Notes: generated by a model from the sequence alone, not told the origin. A stretch of 64,000 bases of DNA from Terriglobia bacterium (GCA_965198225.1 CBDAOY010000005.1:448001-512000); one strand, 5' to 3'. Positions 49,037 through 60,371 are shown, counted from the first letter of the stretch. Numbers and translations are program-made.

Positions 49037-50879
49037 ATGAAATCCAAGAGCATCAGAGCGGCCTGTCTGCTGCTGAGCTTCCTCGCCCTCGCGCAAACGG
49101 CGAGCGCGCAACGGCGGTATGCGGTCGAGGCGATCGTCGTCGATGTGACCGTCCAGGCGGATGGCTCGATGGAGATCCGTGAGGCCCTCTCCTACGACTT
49201 CCGCGGCCGCTTCACCTTCGCGTTTCGCGACATCCCTCGGGGCGCCTCCGGCGAGGGAGCTCGGTAAGTCTCGCGTCAGCGAAAACGGACGCGACTACCG
49301 CGAATCGGACTCGAACGAACCCGGCACGTTCTTCATCACACAGGAAGCTGCGACGACGCGGGTGACGTGGTACTACCGGGCGGACAGCGAGCGCCGGACG
49401 TTCGACTTCGCCTACACGATCGCGGGAGGCGTTCGGCGCTATCCAGACACGGCCGAGTTCTACTACAAGTTCGTCGGCGACGACTGGGATCGCCCGATCG
49501 GTAACGTGCGCGCGACGGTCCGGTTCCCGTCTCCGCCCGCGTTTACCGATCTCCGGGCATGGGCCCACGGCCCCCTGAACGGCTCGGCACGGATCAATGC
49601 GGACGGCACCGTGGCATTCGACGTATCGCCTCTGCCCGCCGGCCAGTTCTGGGAAGGTCGGCTCCTGTTTCCCGCGACCCTCGTGGCCGACCTGGCGCTC
49701 GCCTCCAGTGATCCTAGAGTCGACCAGGTCTTGAACGAGGAGCGCGTGTGGGTCGAAGAAGCCAATGCCCGGCGCGAAGCCAATCAGCGACGACTCGAGG
49801 AACAAGCGGCCCTCAGAGCCAGCCGCGACGAGCTGGCGGGACGGTTTTTCCCGCTCGCGTTGGCACTCGTGCCCGTGGGCCTGCTGGCGTGGTTTCTGGC
49901 CTTTCGGCGTTACGACCGCCCACACGACGTTCCCGTGCACGCGGTTCCCGGCGAGTTCCCGAGCGATCACACACCCGCCATCCTCGCTTACCTCATGTCC
50001 CGGAATGTGGGCGCCTCGTGTATCGTCGCGACCCTGTTGGATCTGGCGCATCGGGGACACTTCCAGATTCGTGAGACGGTCGAGATCAGGCGCGGCTTCT
50101 TCGGCGAGAAACGTGCTGTGGACTACCGGTTTGAACGCACGGAGAAGCCACTCGACGAGTTGCAGCCCTTCGAGCGCGATCTCGTCGACTTCCTCCTGGG
50201 CCAGAGCGACTCGTCGACCGGGTTCGCGGTGTCGGTGATCCGGAAGACGGCGTCCAAGCGAAGTCGGGAGTTCCACAAGTGGTTCGCGGCCTGGCTGAAG
50301 AAAGTCAAAGCGAGCGGTGAAGTGCTCGACTTCTACGAACCGTACGCGGTCGGCTCCATGGTTCGAAACGCCGGGATCGGCGTGGCGATGGTGGTCGCCG
50401 GCATTCTCTTTAGCGTGGTGTCGCAGTCGCCGGCGGGTCTTCCTGCGATCATTGGAGGCGTCCTCGTCGCCGGTCTCACCGCGACCCTGAACCGAAGAAC
50501 CGTCGAAGGCCGCCGGCTCTATCTCGCTTGGACGGGGTTCCGTTCGCATCTCAAGTCGCTGGGGCGATCCCTCGGATCCGTTTCACTCGATGCCGACACC
50601 TGGGGACGGTACCTTGCGGCTTCAGTGGTCTTCGGCATGCACAAGAAACTCCTGCCCAAACTGCAGCCGATCGACGAGCACGGCCAGCCTGCGAGTCCCG
50701 TGTTCTTCGTCGGCGGGCCTGGAGATTCGTTCGGCGACAGCGTTTCGTCGCTGGCTTCGAGCGTTTCCTCGATGGTCACGTCGGTATCGACGTCGATGAG
50801 CTCCGCGTCCGGCGCCGGGGGTGGTGCGAGCGGAGGCGGCGGTGGCGGTGCGGGGGGCGGCGGGGGTGGCGCCGGCTAG
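49037..50879 (+). pseudogene. DUF2207 membrane protein, split by a 1-nt frameshift near 49255 (or a sequencing error)
   Basis: signal peptide + V..DGSMEIRE..Y.F; then VGDDWDRPI, WAHGPLNG, ATLLDLAHRG and the Gly-rich tail GGGGGGAG. Confidence 0.8.
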
Positions 50880-51018
50880 TCGTCCGAGGGTTTCTGGAGT
50901 GTCCGTGACTGCTGCGCCGGATTGTCCGACAAACGGAAAGGTCCCCGTCTACACAGCCGGCTGAAATTGCCTGCGCTAAACGTCGGTCGGGAATTTCTTA
51001 CGTCTTGGCAAGAAGCAC

Positions 51019-53304
51019 CTAAGGACGGTAACGGTTCAGGATTTCTTGGAATCGCGGATCGGAGCGAAAAGGATCAAAATGGACTTCATCGAAGAATGTG
51101 AAATCATCAAAACCGTCGGCCAAAGCCCCTTCTAGCTCGACAAGAGAGCGTTCCGTGTCTCCCAGGCCGGCATAGACGGCGCTCATTCGCACCTGCGCTG
51201 ACCCTGGGCGACCACCCAATTCGCGAGCTCTTTCGAACGGCCCCAGGGCCTGTTCGTAGTTGTCCAAAGCCAGGTGTGCTAGGCCGAGCCGAAACCAAGC
51301 GACGCCACGACCTGGTTCCAGTCTCAAAGCATGTTCGAACTCGGTTATGGCTTCCTCGTGGCGCTCCTGCTCGAAAAGCGCGCGGCCGAGCTGGTGATAC
51401 GCCTCGAAGTAATCCGGGTCATGCCGAATCGCGTTGCGCGCTGCCGTTTCCGCCGCCTCGAACTCATTCCCCCCGCTGCACGCCGCAGCGAGCTCGCACC
51501 AAGTGAACGCGTCGTCGGGGTTCAGACTTACGGCCCGCTCGTATTCATCGATGGAGCGTCCATAATCCCGTCTGCTGAAAAAGACTTGCCCCAGGACGAT
51601 GTACGCTTCCGAGAGCTCCGGGTCGAGAGCGAGGGCCTCGAGAGCAAACTCTTCCGCCCTCTGCAAACGTTCAGGGCTGCGGTCGTATCCGAAATAGCGA
51701 TATAACCACTCGGCGGCGCCCAGACCCGCCAAGGCCAGGGGATACCTGCTGTCCAACGCGAGAGCCTGTTCGAAATATTCCTGGGCAGCATCAATCCGCG
51801 CCTCAGGGAAGTCGAGAACAGTATGGGCCGACTGTACCAGTGACCAACCTCGAAGATATGTATCGTAGGCCTTGGAGTTTTCGGTATGGCGGACGCTGAC
51901 CCTCGCGGTTTCCTCGGGGCTCAATTGGAGATCCAAGGCCGCGGCGATCTCTAATGCCACCTCTTCCTGCAGACCGAACACATCGTCCAGCTCTCCCTCG
52001 AAATCGTCTGACCAGAGCTGGAAACTGGTTCCGGCGTCGATCAACTGCGCACTGACGCGGACGCGACCTCCAGCCCTGCGGACACTCCCCTCGACGACGT
52101 GCGTAAGACCGAGTTCCTCAGCAATTTCCGTAATGCTTCCGATCCTCTCCCTGAAGTGGGCCGCGGATCTCCGTGAAGCAACCTGGAGACCCTGGATTCG
52201 GGATAGCTTGCTGACGAGTTCTTCTGTCATCCCGTCGCTGAAATACTGGTTTTCAGGGTCGGCACTCAGGTTTTCGAACGGGAACACGGCTAAAGAAGGA
52301 GATTCCTCTGTTATCGGAGACAGCGAGACGTCTCCATCGAAGACAGCTGCGATCCTCTCCCGCAAGTTCCCGACGTCCCATACGAGTAGTGTTACCACCA
52401 GCAGGACGATCGCGACGCCGATCAGTTGTAGTCTCCAACGCAGTGGTCCCCCATCTCCAGAAACAGCCTCCGTTGCGCCCATGCGCCGGAAGTCGGCCAT
52501 AATCTCCCGAGCAGACTGATAACGATGTTCGCGGTTCTTTTCAAGGCACTTCAGGATGAGTTCTTCCAATCGCACCGGCAGATCTGTGTTGGTCCTGCTT
52601 GGGGGTGCTGGCGATCTGTGCACGATGTCGTCGGCCAATCGAGTAGAGATCGCTTCGGGGAACGGTCTGCGGCCGGTCGCCATCTCGTACAGAACGGCGC
52701 CCAATCCGTACAGGTCGGTACGTGGGTCTATCTCCTCCGCCCGCACTTGCTCCGGGGCCATGTAGGGAAGCGTGCCGGTCACTGCATCTGTTTCGGTTAA
52801 CAGGCTCCGCGTTTCGGCTTCTTCCCTTCTCGGCCCAGTCAGCTTAGCCAGGCCGAAGTCCAGGATTTTCGCCTCGCCGCGAGCTGTTACGAATATGTTC
52901 GCCGGCTTCAGATCGCGGTGGACGATGCCCTTATCGTGGGCAGCATCGAGAGCATCGGCCAGCTGAAGGCCCCACTCGACCACTTTTTCACTCGACAGTT
53001 TTCGGCCGGCGATGTGGTCCTTCAATGTCTGACCTTCAAGCAGCTCCATCACAAGGAACTGTCGGCCCTCGTGCTCGTCGATGTCGTGGATCGTACAGAT
53101 ATGAGGATGATTCAGCCCGGATGCGGCTCGGGCCTCACGCCGGAATCTCTCGATGGCTGTCGGGTCGCGTGAGAATTCTCCGGGGAGGAACTTGAGAGCA
53201 ACTTGCCGGCGAAGCTTGAGATCCTCGGCACGGTACACTTCCCCCATGCCGCCCTGTCCGATCTTCTCAAGGATCTTGTAGTGGCTGACGGTTTGGCCGA
53301 CCAT
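51019..53304 (-). CDS. Hanks-type Ser/Thr kinase with TM, TolB-N-like domain and TPR repeats
   Basis: [37 protein letters not shown]; [21 protein letters not shown]; TPRs. Confidence 0.93.
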   Translation of the reverse strand: MVGQTVSHYKILEKIGQGGMGEVYRAEDLKLRRQVALKFLPGEFSRDPTAIERFRREARAASGLNHPHICTIHDIDEHEGRQFLVMELLEGQTLKDHIAGRKLSSEKVVEWGLQLADALDAAHDKGIVHRDLKPANIFVTARGEAKILDFGLAKLTGPRREEAETRSLLTETDAVTGTLPYMAPEQVRAEEIDPRTDLYGLGAVLYEMATGRRPFPEAISTRLADDIVHRSPAPPSRTNTDLPVRLEELILKCLEKNREHRYQSAREIMADFRRMGATEAVSGDGGPLRWRLQLIGVAIVLLVVTLLVWDVGNLRERIAAVFDGDVSLSPITEESPSLAVFPFENLSADPENQYFSDGMTEELVSKLSRIQGLQVASRRSAAHFRERIGSITEIAEELGLTHVVEGSVRRAGGRVRVSAQLIDAGTSFQLWSDDFEGELDDVFGLQEEVALEIAAALDLQLSPEETARVSVRHTENSKAYDTYLRGWSLVQSAHTVLDFPEARIDAAQEYFEQALALDSRYPLALAGLGAAEWLYRYFGYDRSPERLQRAEEFALEALALDPELSEAYIVLGQVFFSRRDYGRSIDEYERAVSLNPDDAFTWCELAAACSGGNEFEAAETAARNAIRHDPDYFEAYHQLGRALFEQERHEEAITEFEHALRLEPGRGVAWFRLGLAHLALDNYEQALGPFERARELGGRPGSAQVRMSAVYAGLGDTERSLVELEGALADGFDDFTFFDEVHFDPFRSDPRFQEILNRYRP

Positions 53305-53463
53305 GGTCGCGCTCCCAATGAGTGGGTCGTCCGATGATAAACGACTGAAGGGCAGTAGACAAATCAACGAGTGTCTGCTCAGAAAATCTCCGCCTGTTAA
53401 GAAGGCGAAGCATCCAATACAAAACTTGCCCTTCAACGCCAATCTTAACTTCGCGTTCACTTG

Positions 53464-53713
53464 ATCGCGGTAGGGATGCCGGTCACCCGGCACCCCCCGC
53501 AGATCCGCACGTGCGGAACTACCGCATACGGCTCCTACCTCGGATGGTTGCGGCGATACAACGTGCCGCACACCGAACAACCCCTGGGACACGGACAACG
53601 CCCGCTCTGAGTCGGGACCGTGTGGAATTGGAACGATGTTCTCCTTGGTCCACGCCCTTCCCTCCCCAACCTCCGCCGAGTACTCATCCTCTTTGTTCGG
53701 CTGGTTCACAGGT
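53464..53713 (-). mobile_element. 3' part (DIII-DVI) of an ORF-less group II intron, class E-like
   Basis: ACCTGTGAACCAGCCGAACAAAG..GGAGGGAAGGGCGTGGACCAAGGAGAAC (DIII); DV GAGCCGTATGCGGTAGTTCCGCACGTGCGGATC; DVI ending CCCTACCGCGAT. Confidence 0.82.
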
Positions 53714-55866
53714 GTAGAGTCGAAAGTGGTCGGGCTGGTCTGCCCTTCCACCGTCCGCTCAATCAAACGGCTCGTGCGGTTTTCCCGCAAGCCGCTTTCC
53801 TCAGTTGCTCCTCGCACGGAGTCACCGGTCCACGAGACCGGGAATCAGATGCGTCAGTCGGACCAGACCGAACTCTCGAATAAGTCGTCGCGTCGGATAA
53901 CGGCGCCACATCGTATTTCTCCACCGTTTCGCGAGAAACGAGTAGATACGGCGCTCAATCCAACGGTCCAGCTCGTTGAAGAGTCGGCGCACCCTCGCTT
54001 TGCGGTAATAGTTCCCCCAGCCCCGAATCACCGGGTTGAGCTGGTCGATGACTTCGCCCAGCTTCAGGGGAGCCTTACGGCGCGAGAGGTGTCGGATTTG
54101 CGTCCGGAACCTCTCGACCGACTTTTCCCGTGGAATGGCATACAGGTTATGGGGGTGCATTCCGCGACCACGCCTCTGTGTATCGGACAGACGCAGTCCT
54201 TTCCCTTGTTTCACCTTGTACCCCAAGAACTCAAAGCCTTGTCGAACGTGTACAATCCGCGTCTTCTTCGGATGAAGTCGAACTCCAAGTTCCTCCCAGA
54301 GAAACCGCTCTGCAAATGCGAGCGCCTGCCGGGCTTGGGCCGGTGTCCTACAAACCACCACAAAGTCGTCCGCCCAGCGTGTGAGTCTGTGACCTTGCCG
54401 GGTCATCGCACGGTCAAACGGCGTCAGAAAGATGTTCGACCACAACGGACTGGCCACTCCCCCTTGGGGAACTCCCGTCCGCGTGGGTTGCCAGCAACCT
54501 CCTTCCAATACCCCCGAACCCAGGATTGCCCGGATCAGCCCCAGAACTCGGCCGTCGCTGATCTCTTCGGCGATCAAGTCGAGAAGCTTCTCCTGGTCGA
54601 TCGTGTCAAAGAACTGCCGTAGGTCAGCATCAACCACCCAGAGGTCTCCGGCGCCTAGCTCTGCCCAGACTTTCCGCATCGCATCATGGGGTGAACGCCC
54701 CTTGCGATACCCGAATGAGCAGTCCAGAAACAACGGCTCGAAGATTGGTTCCATCCGCTGGACCAGCGCCTGCTGACAGACCCGATCCATTACGGCCGGT
54801 ATCCCCAGCTTTCGCATTCCTCCGTCGGACTTCCCGATCTCGACTCGCTTTACCGGCTTGGGTCGATAGGTGTCATCCCGCAGCTTTTGATGCAACAAGG
54901 CCAGATACTCCTCCTTGCGCCTTTCAAACTGCTCAATGGTCACTTCGTCGATGCCCGCGCTACCTCGGTTCCGTTTCACTTTCTCCCAGGCCAACTCCAG
55001 ATTCTTGCGACTAAACACCTTGTCGATCAGCGAGTGGACCTTTCGCTTCCTTCCCTGTCTGCTTTCCAATGTCGCTGTGTGGCGGCGGGCGGCGGCTTCA
55101 TCCGTACCGCGTTTGGGTCTTTCACTAAAGGAACTATCCAAGTTCACGATATCTCCGCGTTTCCCATCGCTCGCACATTCACAACTGAGTACGGGGACTT
55201 CCCCCTCCAGCGGGCCTTTTGAACCCACCAGCGCCGCTGCTCGAAGCAACGATCCGAAACCTTATGTTTGCCGTCTCGTTCCTGAGTACTATTCCCCGAT
55301 CCGATTCCTGGCACCGCGTCGGCCGGAATTTCGCTCTCGCTTATATCCGCACCTACCTTGCGGGGCTCTAGGTCGATGTTTGTCTTCTCGGTTGCCCGCC
55401 CTTTCGTCTGCGGGTGCCACATCATCTCGACCTTACCTTCCGCCCGGACGATACCAGGCCTCCCTGGGTCACTCGCGTCTCTTCCCCACCGTGTCGCCCG
55501 CACACACCTTGGTGCGATGGGGTGGAACCAATGCGCCTTCGCCCCCATAGTGCGGGCTCGACCATTCCCCATCTTTGGCCGACCGGTTCATCCTCGGGAT
55601 CGCTCCCGTCGATTACGACCCGGTGGTTCTCCTCATACCCTTCAGACCCCACCTCGCGGTGGGCGCCCTGCCCTCCAAAGTTTCCGTAGGTGGCTCCAGC
55701 TCTGCCTTGTCCGTGTCCGGCTTTCGCCTTCGTGCCCGTTTAGGCATTTGCCATACCTGCCTACACTCCGGCCAGTGAGGCATTACCCCCACTTGTTGGA
55801 TATCGACCCGTGGCCTCGGGCCGAGCGGGACTTTAACCCGCCGGAAACGCGTGCTGCCAGGCACGC
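53714..55866 (-). mobile_element. complete RT-encoding group II intron nested in intron sequence
   Basis: 5' GCGTGCCTGG (GUGYG variant) at 55866; DV AAGCGGCTTGCGGGAAAACCGCACGAGCCGTTT; DVI ending GACTCTAC at 53714. Confidence 0.85.
53822..55147 (-). CDS. ltrA: group II intron reverse transcriptase/maturase, no endonuclease domain, WADD active site
   Basis: [75 protein letters not shown]; GTG start after GGAG. Confidence 0.93.
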   Translation of the reverse strand: MNLDSSFSERPKRGTDEAAARRHTATLESRQGRKRKVHSLIDKVFSRKNLELAWEKVKRNRGSAGIDEVTIEQFERRKEEYLALLHQKLRDDTYRPKPVKRVEIGKSDGGMRKLGIPAVMDRVCQQALVQRMEPIFEPLFLDCSFGYRKGRSPHDAMRKVWAELGAGDLWVVDADLRQFFDTIDQEKLLDLIAEEISDGRVLGLIRAILGSGVLEGGCWQPTRTGVPQGGVASPLWSNIFLTPFDRAMTRQGHRLTRWADDFVVVCRTPAQARQALAFAERFLWEELGVRLHPKKTRIVHVRQGFEFLGYKVKQGKGLRLSDTQRRGRGMHPHNLYAIPREKSVERFRTQIRHLSRRKAPLKLGEVIDQLNPVIRGWGNYYRKARVRRLFNELDRWIERRIYSFLAKRWRNTMWRRYPTRRLIREFGLVRLTHLIPGLVDR

Positions 55867-56324
55867 ATTACGGGTTCGTCCGCCCCCGCGCTGCGCTTCG
55901 GTACTCAGACCTTGAGAGGGCTTCTCTTGGCCGTCTCCCTTGACATCGCAGTCGCAGGTTCCTGCAGTTCCGCACAAGAGCCCGGACCGAACTCGCGCCA
56001 TCTCTATGCCGGACACCGCCCACCCAGTAAACAGGTTTCCGATGGGCTCATCCCGGGGCAACATCACCTCCCCGGTTCTGATGTCGTCTAAGGCACTTTC
56101 GACACTTGAATGATGGTTCACTGGTGTTCGCCTTCTCGATCCATACCTGACGCGTTTATCACGCCTTTTCCCTGACGCTCACGACGACGGATCGCCGCTC
56201 AGGGCGGTTTGAGATCAGCCCCTGCAGGCCGACCCCGGAGGGCCATAATCCTCCATCTCTCGCGCAGCTTCTCACGCCCGGGTTAACTCATTCTGAGCCT
56301 CCCTTTTGCGCTGCTGCAGCACAC
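55867..56324 (-). mobile_element. 5' part (DI, DII, start of DIII) of a class D (RmInt1-like) group II intron
   Basis: starts GTGTGCTGCAG; contains AAGCTGCG..GGCCCTCCGGG, GTGAACC, GCGGAACTGCAGGAACC..GATGTCAAGGGAGA..GAGTACCGA..GGGGCGGA, matching RmInt1 as recalled from memory. Confidence 0.8.
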
Positions 56325-56455
56325 TGATATCGGCTGCCCACTTCGATTGCTCAGGCCGCGGTCTGCCTGAATGCCGTGCTTCACGTCTCTCCGAATTGGC
56401 CGGTTTTCAAGTGCCACTGAGGAGATTTCCCCCCTGTACCAGAAAGCCTCTCCTA

Positions 56456-56996
56456 GGGGTTTGAGCCGCAACGGTGTGAAAAATTACTCTAAGGGTCCGT
56501 GTGTGACCATCCTGGAGTAACTCCCGGCACCGCTTCCGCTGCTATAAAGCACCCGTTCTTCGGGACTTGGACCTCGGAAACGACTGCCACAGTCATGGCC
56601 AAAAGGTATAGATTATGGCCATGCCGAAATCGACCCCGAGAAGGCCCGGAAAACCTCGCCAAAATAGAGACTCGCGCGATGGGGTTTTTGGCCACCCCGA
56701 AAGCCAGGTCGGCCCGCTCCCTCGCGTCGGCCTCTACGCCCGCGTCGCGACACCCCATCAGCACACGACCGGGATGCAGCTGCGGCAGCTGCGAGAGTTC
56801 CTGGAACGCCGTCGCTGGCAGGAGGTCCTTGTTGTCGAAGAGGGCGTCTCCGGATCCAGGCGCCGCCCGGAGAGAGACCGTCTACTCGACGCTGCGCGGC
56901 GGCGCGAGATAGACATCATCCCGAGCGGAACTTACCGATTTCGGGACCAGCGGGCTCGCTTAGAGTAATTTTTCACACCGTTGCGGCTCAAACCCC
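56456..56996. mobile_element. non-autonomous Tn3-family mini-transposon
   Basis: perfect 38-bp IRs GGGGTTTGAGCCGCAACGGTGTGAAAAATTACTCTAAG; 5-bp TSD TCCTA at 56451-56455 and 56997-57001. Confidence 0.93.
56615..56968 (+). pseudogene. truncated serine recombinase/resolvase
   Basis: GLYARVAT..Q..QLREF..EEGVSG..RPERDRLLDAARRREIDII, then breaks off; the catalytic Ser of YARVS is Ala. Confidence 0.78.
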
Positions 56997-57060
56997 TCCT
57001 AGGAGCCTGCGCCGTAGGAAGTGAATGAGCTAATTGTGTCGCAGTTAGGAGGAGAATGCG

Positions 57061-58383
57061 ATGCCGACGACGTTTCGCCCGTACCAGCCGGATCAGGGGT
57101 TGCTGCTGGCGCCGGATTTACGGGATTGGTTGCCGGAGGGGCACTTGGCACACCATGTGAGCGATCTGGTGGACGGATTGGACTTGACAGCGTTTTACGC
57201 GCGTTACGAGGGGGACGGTCGTCGCAAGTCGCCGTATGAGCCGCGGATGATGGCGAAGGTGCTGATCTACGGGTACGCGACGGGGGTGTTTTCGTCCCGA
57301 GGGCTGGCGCGGAAGCTGGAGGAGGACGTGGCATTTCGGGTGTTGGCGGCGGGGAATTTTCCGAGCCATCGGACGATTTGCGAGTTTCGTCGCCGTCATT
57401 TGTCGGATTTCAAGGCGCTGTTTGTGGAGGTGATCGGTCTGGCGCGCGAGACCGGGGTTGGGAACTTCGGCAAGTTGTCGATCGACGGGACGAAGGTTCG
57501 AGCCAACGCCAGCAAGCGCAAGGCGATGAGTTACGGTCGGATGCAGGAGGAGGAGCGGCGTCTGGAGGGCGAGATCGAAGCGTTGCTGTCGCGCGCGCGG
57601 GAGACCGACGCGGCGGAGGATGCGCGCTTTGGAGAGGCGTTTCGGGGCGACGAGTTGCCCGAGGAGTTGCGCCGGCGGGAGGACCGACTGGCGGCGATCC
57701 GGGCGGCGAAGGCGCGCCTTAAGGCGCGGCAGCGGGAGGCCGACCAGGCGAGGGGACGCGAGCCCGGTTCGAAGCGCAACCGGAAGGGCGGGCGGCCCTA
57801 CAAGCGGGAGTACGGCGAGCCGGACGAGAAGGCGCAGGACAACTTCACGGATCCGGAAAGCCGGATCATGAAGACCGCGTCGGAGGGATTTCAGCAGTGC
57901 TACAACGCGCAGGTGGCGGTGGAGGGAGAGAACCAGTTGATCGTCGCCACCGAGGTGTCGTCGAGCGCCAGCGACCAGGGTCGGCTGGTCCCGTTGGTGG
58001 ACGAGGTGGAGGCCACCCATGGGGAACGGTCGGAGACGGTGCTGGCGGATGCGGGCTACTGCAACGAGGACGACCTTGAGGCGCTGGAGGCGCGCGGCGT
58101 GGACGCCTACGTGGCCTTGGGCCGGGAGGGCCGGCGCGCGGTTGCGGTGGACGCGGCCAAGCATCCGGCGAAGGCCCGCATGGCCGAGAAGCTGGCGACC
58201 GCGCCGGGACGGGCGCAGTACGCCCGACGCAAATGGCTGTCGGAGGCGCCCAACGGGTGGATCAAGGAAGTGCTCGGCTTCCGCCGATTCAGCCTGCGCG
58301 GCCTGAACAAGGTCCAGGGCGAGTGGGACTTGGTGTGTCTGGCATTGAACGTCAAGCGGTTGCAGGGGCTTCAAGCAGCCTGA
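57061..58383 (+). CDS. IS1182 family transposase
   Basis: YEPRMMAKVLIYGY..SSRGLAR, PSHRTICEFR, IDGTKVRANASK, NFTDPESRIMK, YNAQ, ADAGY, LRGLNKVQGEW. Confidence 0.93.
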   Translation: MPTTFRPYQPDQGLLLAPDLRDWLPEGHLAHHVSDLVDGLDLTAFYARYEGDGRRKSPYEPRMMAKVLIYGYATGVFSSRGLARKLEEDVAFRVLAAGNFPSHRTICEFRRRHLSDFKALFVEVIGLARETGVGNFGKLSIDGTKVRANASKRKAMSYGRMQEEERRLEGEIEALLSRARETDAAEDARFGEAFRGDELPEELRRREDRLAAIRAAKARLKARQREADQARGREPGSKRNRKGGRPYKREYGEPDEKAQDNFTDPESRIMKTASEGFQQCYNAQVAVEGENQLIVATEVSSSASDQGRLVPLVDEVEATHGERSETVLADAGYCNEDDLEALEARGVDAYVALGREGRRAVAVDAAKHPAKARMAEKLATAPGRAQYARRKWLSEAPNGWIKEVLGFRRFSLRGLNKVQGEWDLVCLALNVKRLQGLQAA

Positions 58384-59235
58384 TGACAGGCATACCGCCC
58401 GCAAATCAGGCCGAACGACGGCCGATTCAAGCACCCGTGGCGCCCGGAGCGGCGCCTCGTCGTCCAAAACGCCCAATCCCCGGTCACGAGGTTCCGTCAA
58501 TAAGTGTGTAAATAGACATCAGGCGGCTTTCTCCTCGGTGACTTGGTTGACTGGAACTCCATTGACATATTGGGCGCCTTGGTAGACATCCTTCATCAAG
58601 TGCGGAGCCTTCAAACGGCGAAATCGTTTCTCAGCGACCAGCAGCATCTTCCAGATGACAGCCCGTGCGTTGGCCACTTTCTTGAACCTTCGAGAGGCAT
58701 CGGTTCGCAGTCGCAGAGCAGAGAAGGGAGACTCCACTGGATTGGTAGTCCGCAGATGTTGCCACTGCTGTTTGGGATAGTTGTAAAACGTCACCATCCG
58801 ATCCCAGTCCTGGTCGATCAGATCAGCCGCAGCCTCCAGTCCTCTCTTGCCACACCAATGTTGGAATCGTCCTTTGACTTGCTCGGCTTCCTGCCGTGTT
58901 TCTGCATAAGGGATCTGCCGCAACATCAACAACGCCGCTTTGTGCCGACCCTTGGGGATCTTAGCCAGCAAGTTGACGATGCGATGATTCCAGCATCTCT
59001 GCTCGTCGGCTTCTGGGAAAACGTTGCGCAACGCTCCCCAGATCCCCAGATGCCCGTCAGCCATCACCAGTCTCGGTGGGTTCATCCCCCGCTCTTTGAG
59101 ATCCCTCAGCACTTCGGACCAGCTCTGGGTCGATTCTCGATAACCACTACTGACCGACACCACCACTTTAGTGAGGTGCTCCCCAAAATTCGGACAGGTT
59201 GCTAAGGTGTAAGATCGCTGCCTCAGGAGAGGCAG

Positions 59236-59529
59236 ATGAAGAAGCGAGGACGGAAGCAGTACAGCGCGGCATTGAAGGCAAAGATCGCCGTGGAAGCGGT
59301 CAAGGGACAGCGCACGATCCAGGAGCTCGCGTCCCACTACGAAGTTCACCCGAACATGGTGACGAAGTGGAAAAAGCAAGTGCTCGACGGCCTATCGGAG
59401 ATCTTCTCCAATGGTCGATCCCCGGCCAGTGAAGTCGATGAGCAAGTACAGGCCGAACTTTACCAACAGATCGGAAAATTACAGATCGAGGTGGAGTGGC
59501 TCAAAAAAAAGTCGGGACTTTCCCGTTAG
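59236..59529 (+). CDS. IS3 family transposase OrfA (HTH)
   Basis: RKQYSAALKAKIAVEAVKG..TIQELAS.YEVHP..WLKKKS. Confidence 0.9.
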   Translation: MKKRGRKQYSAALKAKIAVEAVKGQRTIQELASHYEVHPNMVTKWKKQVLDGLSEIFSNGRSPASEVDEQVQAELYQQIGKLQIEVEWLKKKSGLSR

Positions 59530-60371
59530 AGCAACGACGGCCATGGATCGAATCAAATCACGACGAGCTGAGCATCGTCGAGCAGTGTCGGTTGACCGGA
59601 GTGTCCCGATCCGGACTCTACTACACACCGGTGGGCGAGAGCGCCGAGAACATCGCGTTGATGCGTCTGTTGGACGAGCAGTATACGCGGACCCCGTTCT
59701 ACGGGATTCGGCGTATGACCTGGTGGTTGGAGACGCAAGGTCGGCAGGTCAATGCGAAGCGGGTTCGGCGACTGCTACGGCTCATGGGACTGGAAGCGAT
59801 CTATCCCAAACCGCGGTTGTCGATGCCAGCCCCGGGACACCGGATTTACCCATACCAGTTGCGCAATCTGGAGATTGTGCGTCCCGATCAGGTGTGGGCC
59901 ACCGATATCACGTATATCCGACTCCGGCAGGGATTCATCTATCTGGTGGCGATCATGGACTGGTTCAGCCGGTACGTGCTGGCTTGGGAAGTGTCCACGT
60001 CGATGGACAGTGGATTTTGCGTGTCGGCACTGGACTGGGCGCTGAGGCAAGCGCAACCGGAGATTTTCAACACGGATCAGGGGGCTCAGTTCACCAGCGA
60101 TGTCTTCACGCGCCGACTGGAAGACCAGGGCATCACGATCAGCATGGACGGCCGGGGCCGGTTCCTGGACAACATCTTCGTCGAGCGCTTATGGCGCACC
60201 GTGAAGTACGAGGAAGTGTACCTGAAGGACTACTTGAGCGTTTCCGAGGCGATCTCGAACCTGAACCTATATTTCAGGTTTTACAATCAGGAACGCGGCC
60301 ATCAAGTATTCGACTATCAGACGCCCGAGACCGTTTACTTTCAGCGCGCGCCAGGGGCCTGTGGAAACTGA
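59496..60371 (+). CDS. IS3 family transposase OrfB (DDE), expressed via -1 programmed frameshift
   Basis: WATDITY, IMDWFSR, FNTDQGAQF, DNIFVERLWRTVKYE; A8G slippery run at 59503-59511. Confidence 0.9.
   Translation: MAQKKVGTFPLEQRRPWIESNHDELSIVEQCRLTGVSRSGLYYTPVGESAENIALMRLLDEQYTRTPFYGIRRMTWWLETQGRQVNAKRVRRLLRLMGLEAIYPKPRLSMPAPGHRIYPYQLRNLEIVRPDQVWATDITYIRLRQGFIYLVAIMDWFSRYVLAWEVSTSMDSGFCVSALDWALRQAQPEIFNTDQGAQFTSDVFTRRLEDQGITISMDGRGRFLDNIFVERLWRTVKYEEVYLKDYLSVSEAISNLNLYFRFYNQERGHQVFDYQTPETVYFQRAPGACGN

Noticed and set aside
50780-50879. G-rich low-complexity tract as a separate repeat or G-quadruplex element
   Set aside because: It encodes the usual Ser/Gly tail of DUF2207 proteins.
53305-53817. 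170-aa N-terminal extension of the kinase in the ORF track (932 aa)
   Set aside because: It is an open frame running through intron RNA and intergenic DNA; the kinase starts at MVGQTVSHY (53304).
53822-55249. DGR, retron or defence-associated reverse transcriptase
   Set aside because: The RT has a maturase X domain and is followed by canonical DV/DVI. No template/variable repeat pair, avd gene or msr-msd was seen.
55144-56121. Several short ORFs upstream of the RT
   Set aside because: They lie in structured intron domains I-III and show no protein motifs.
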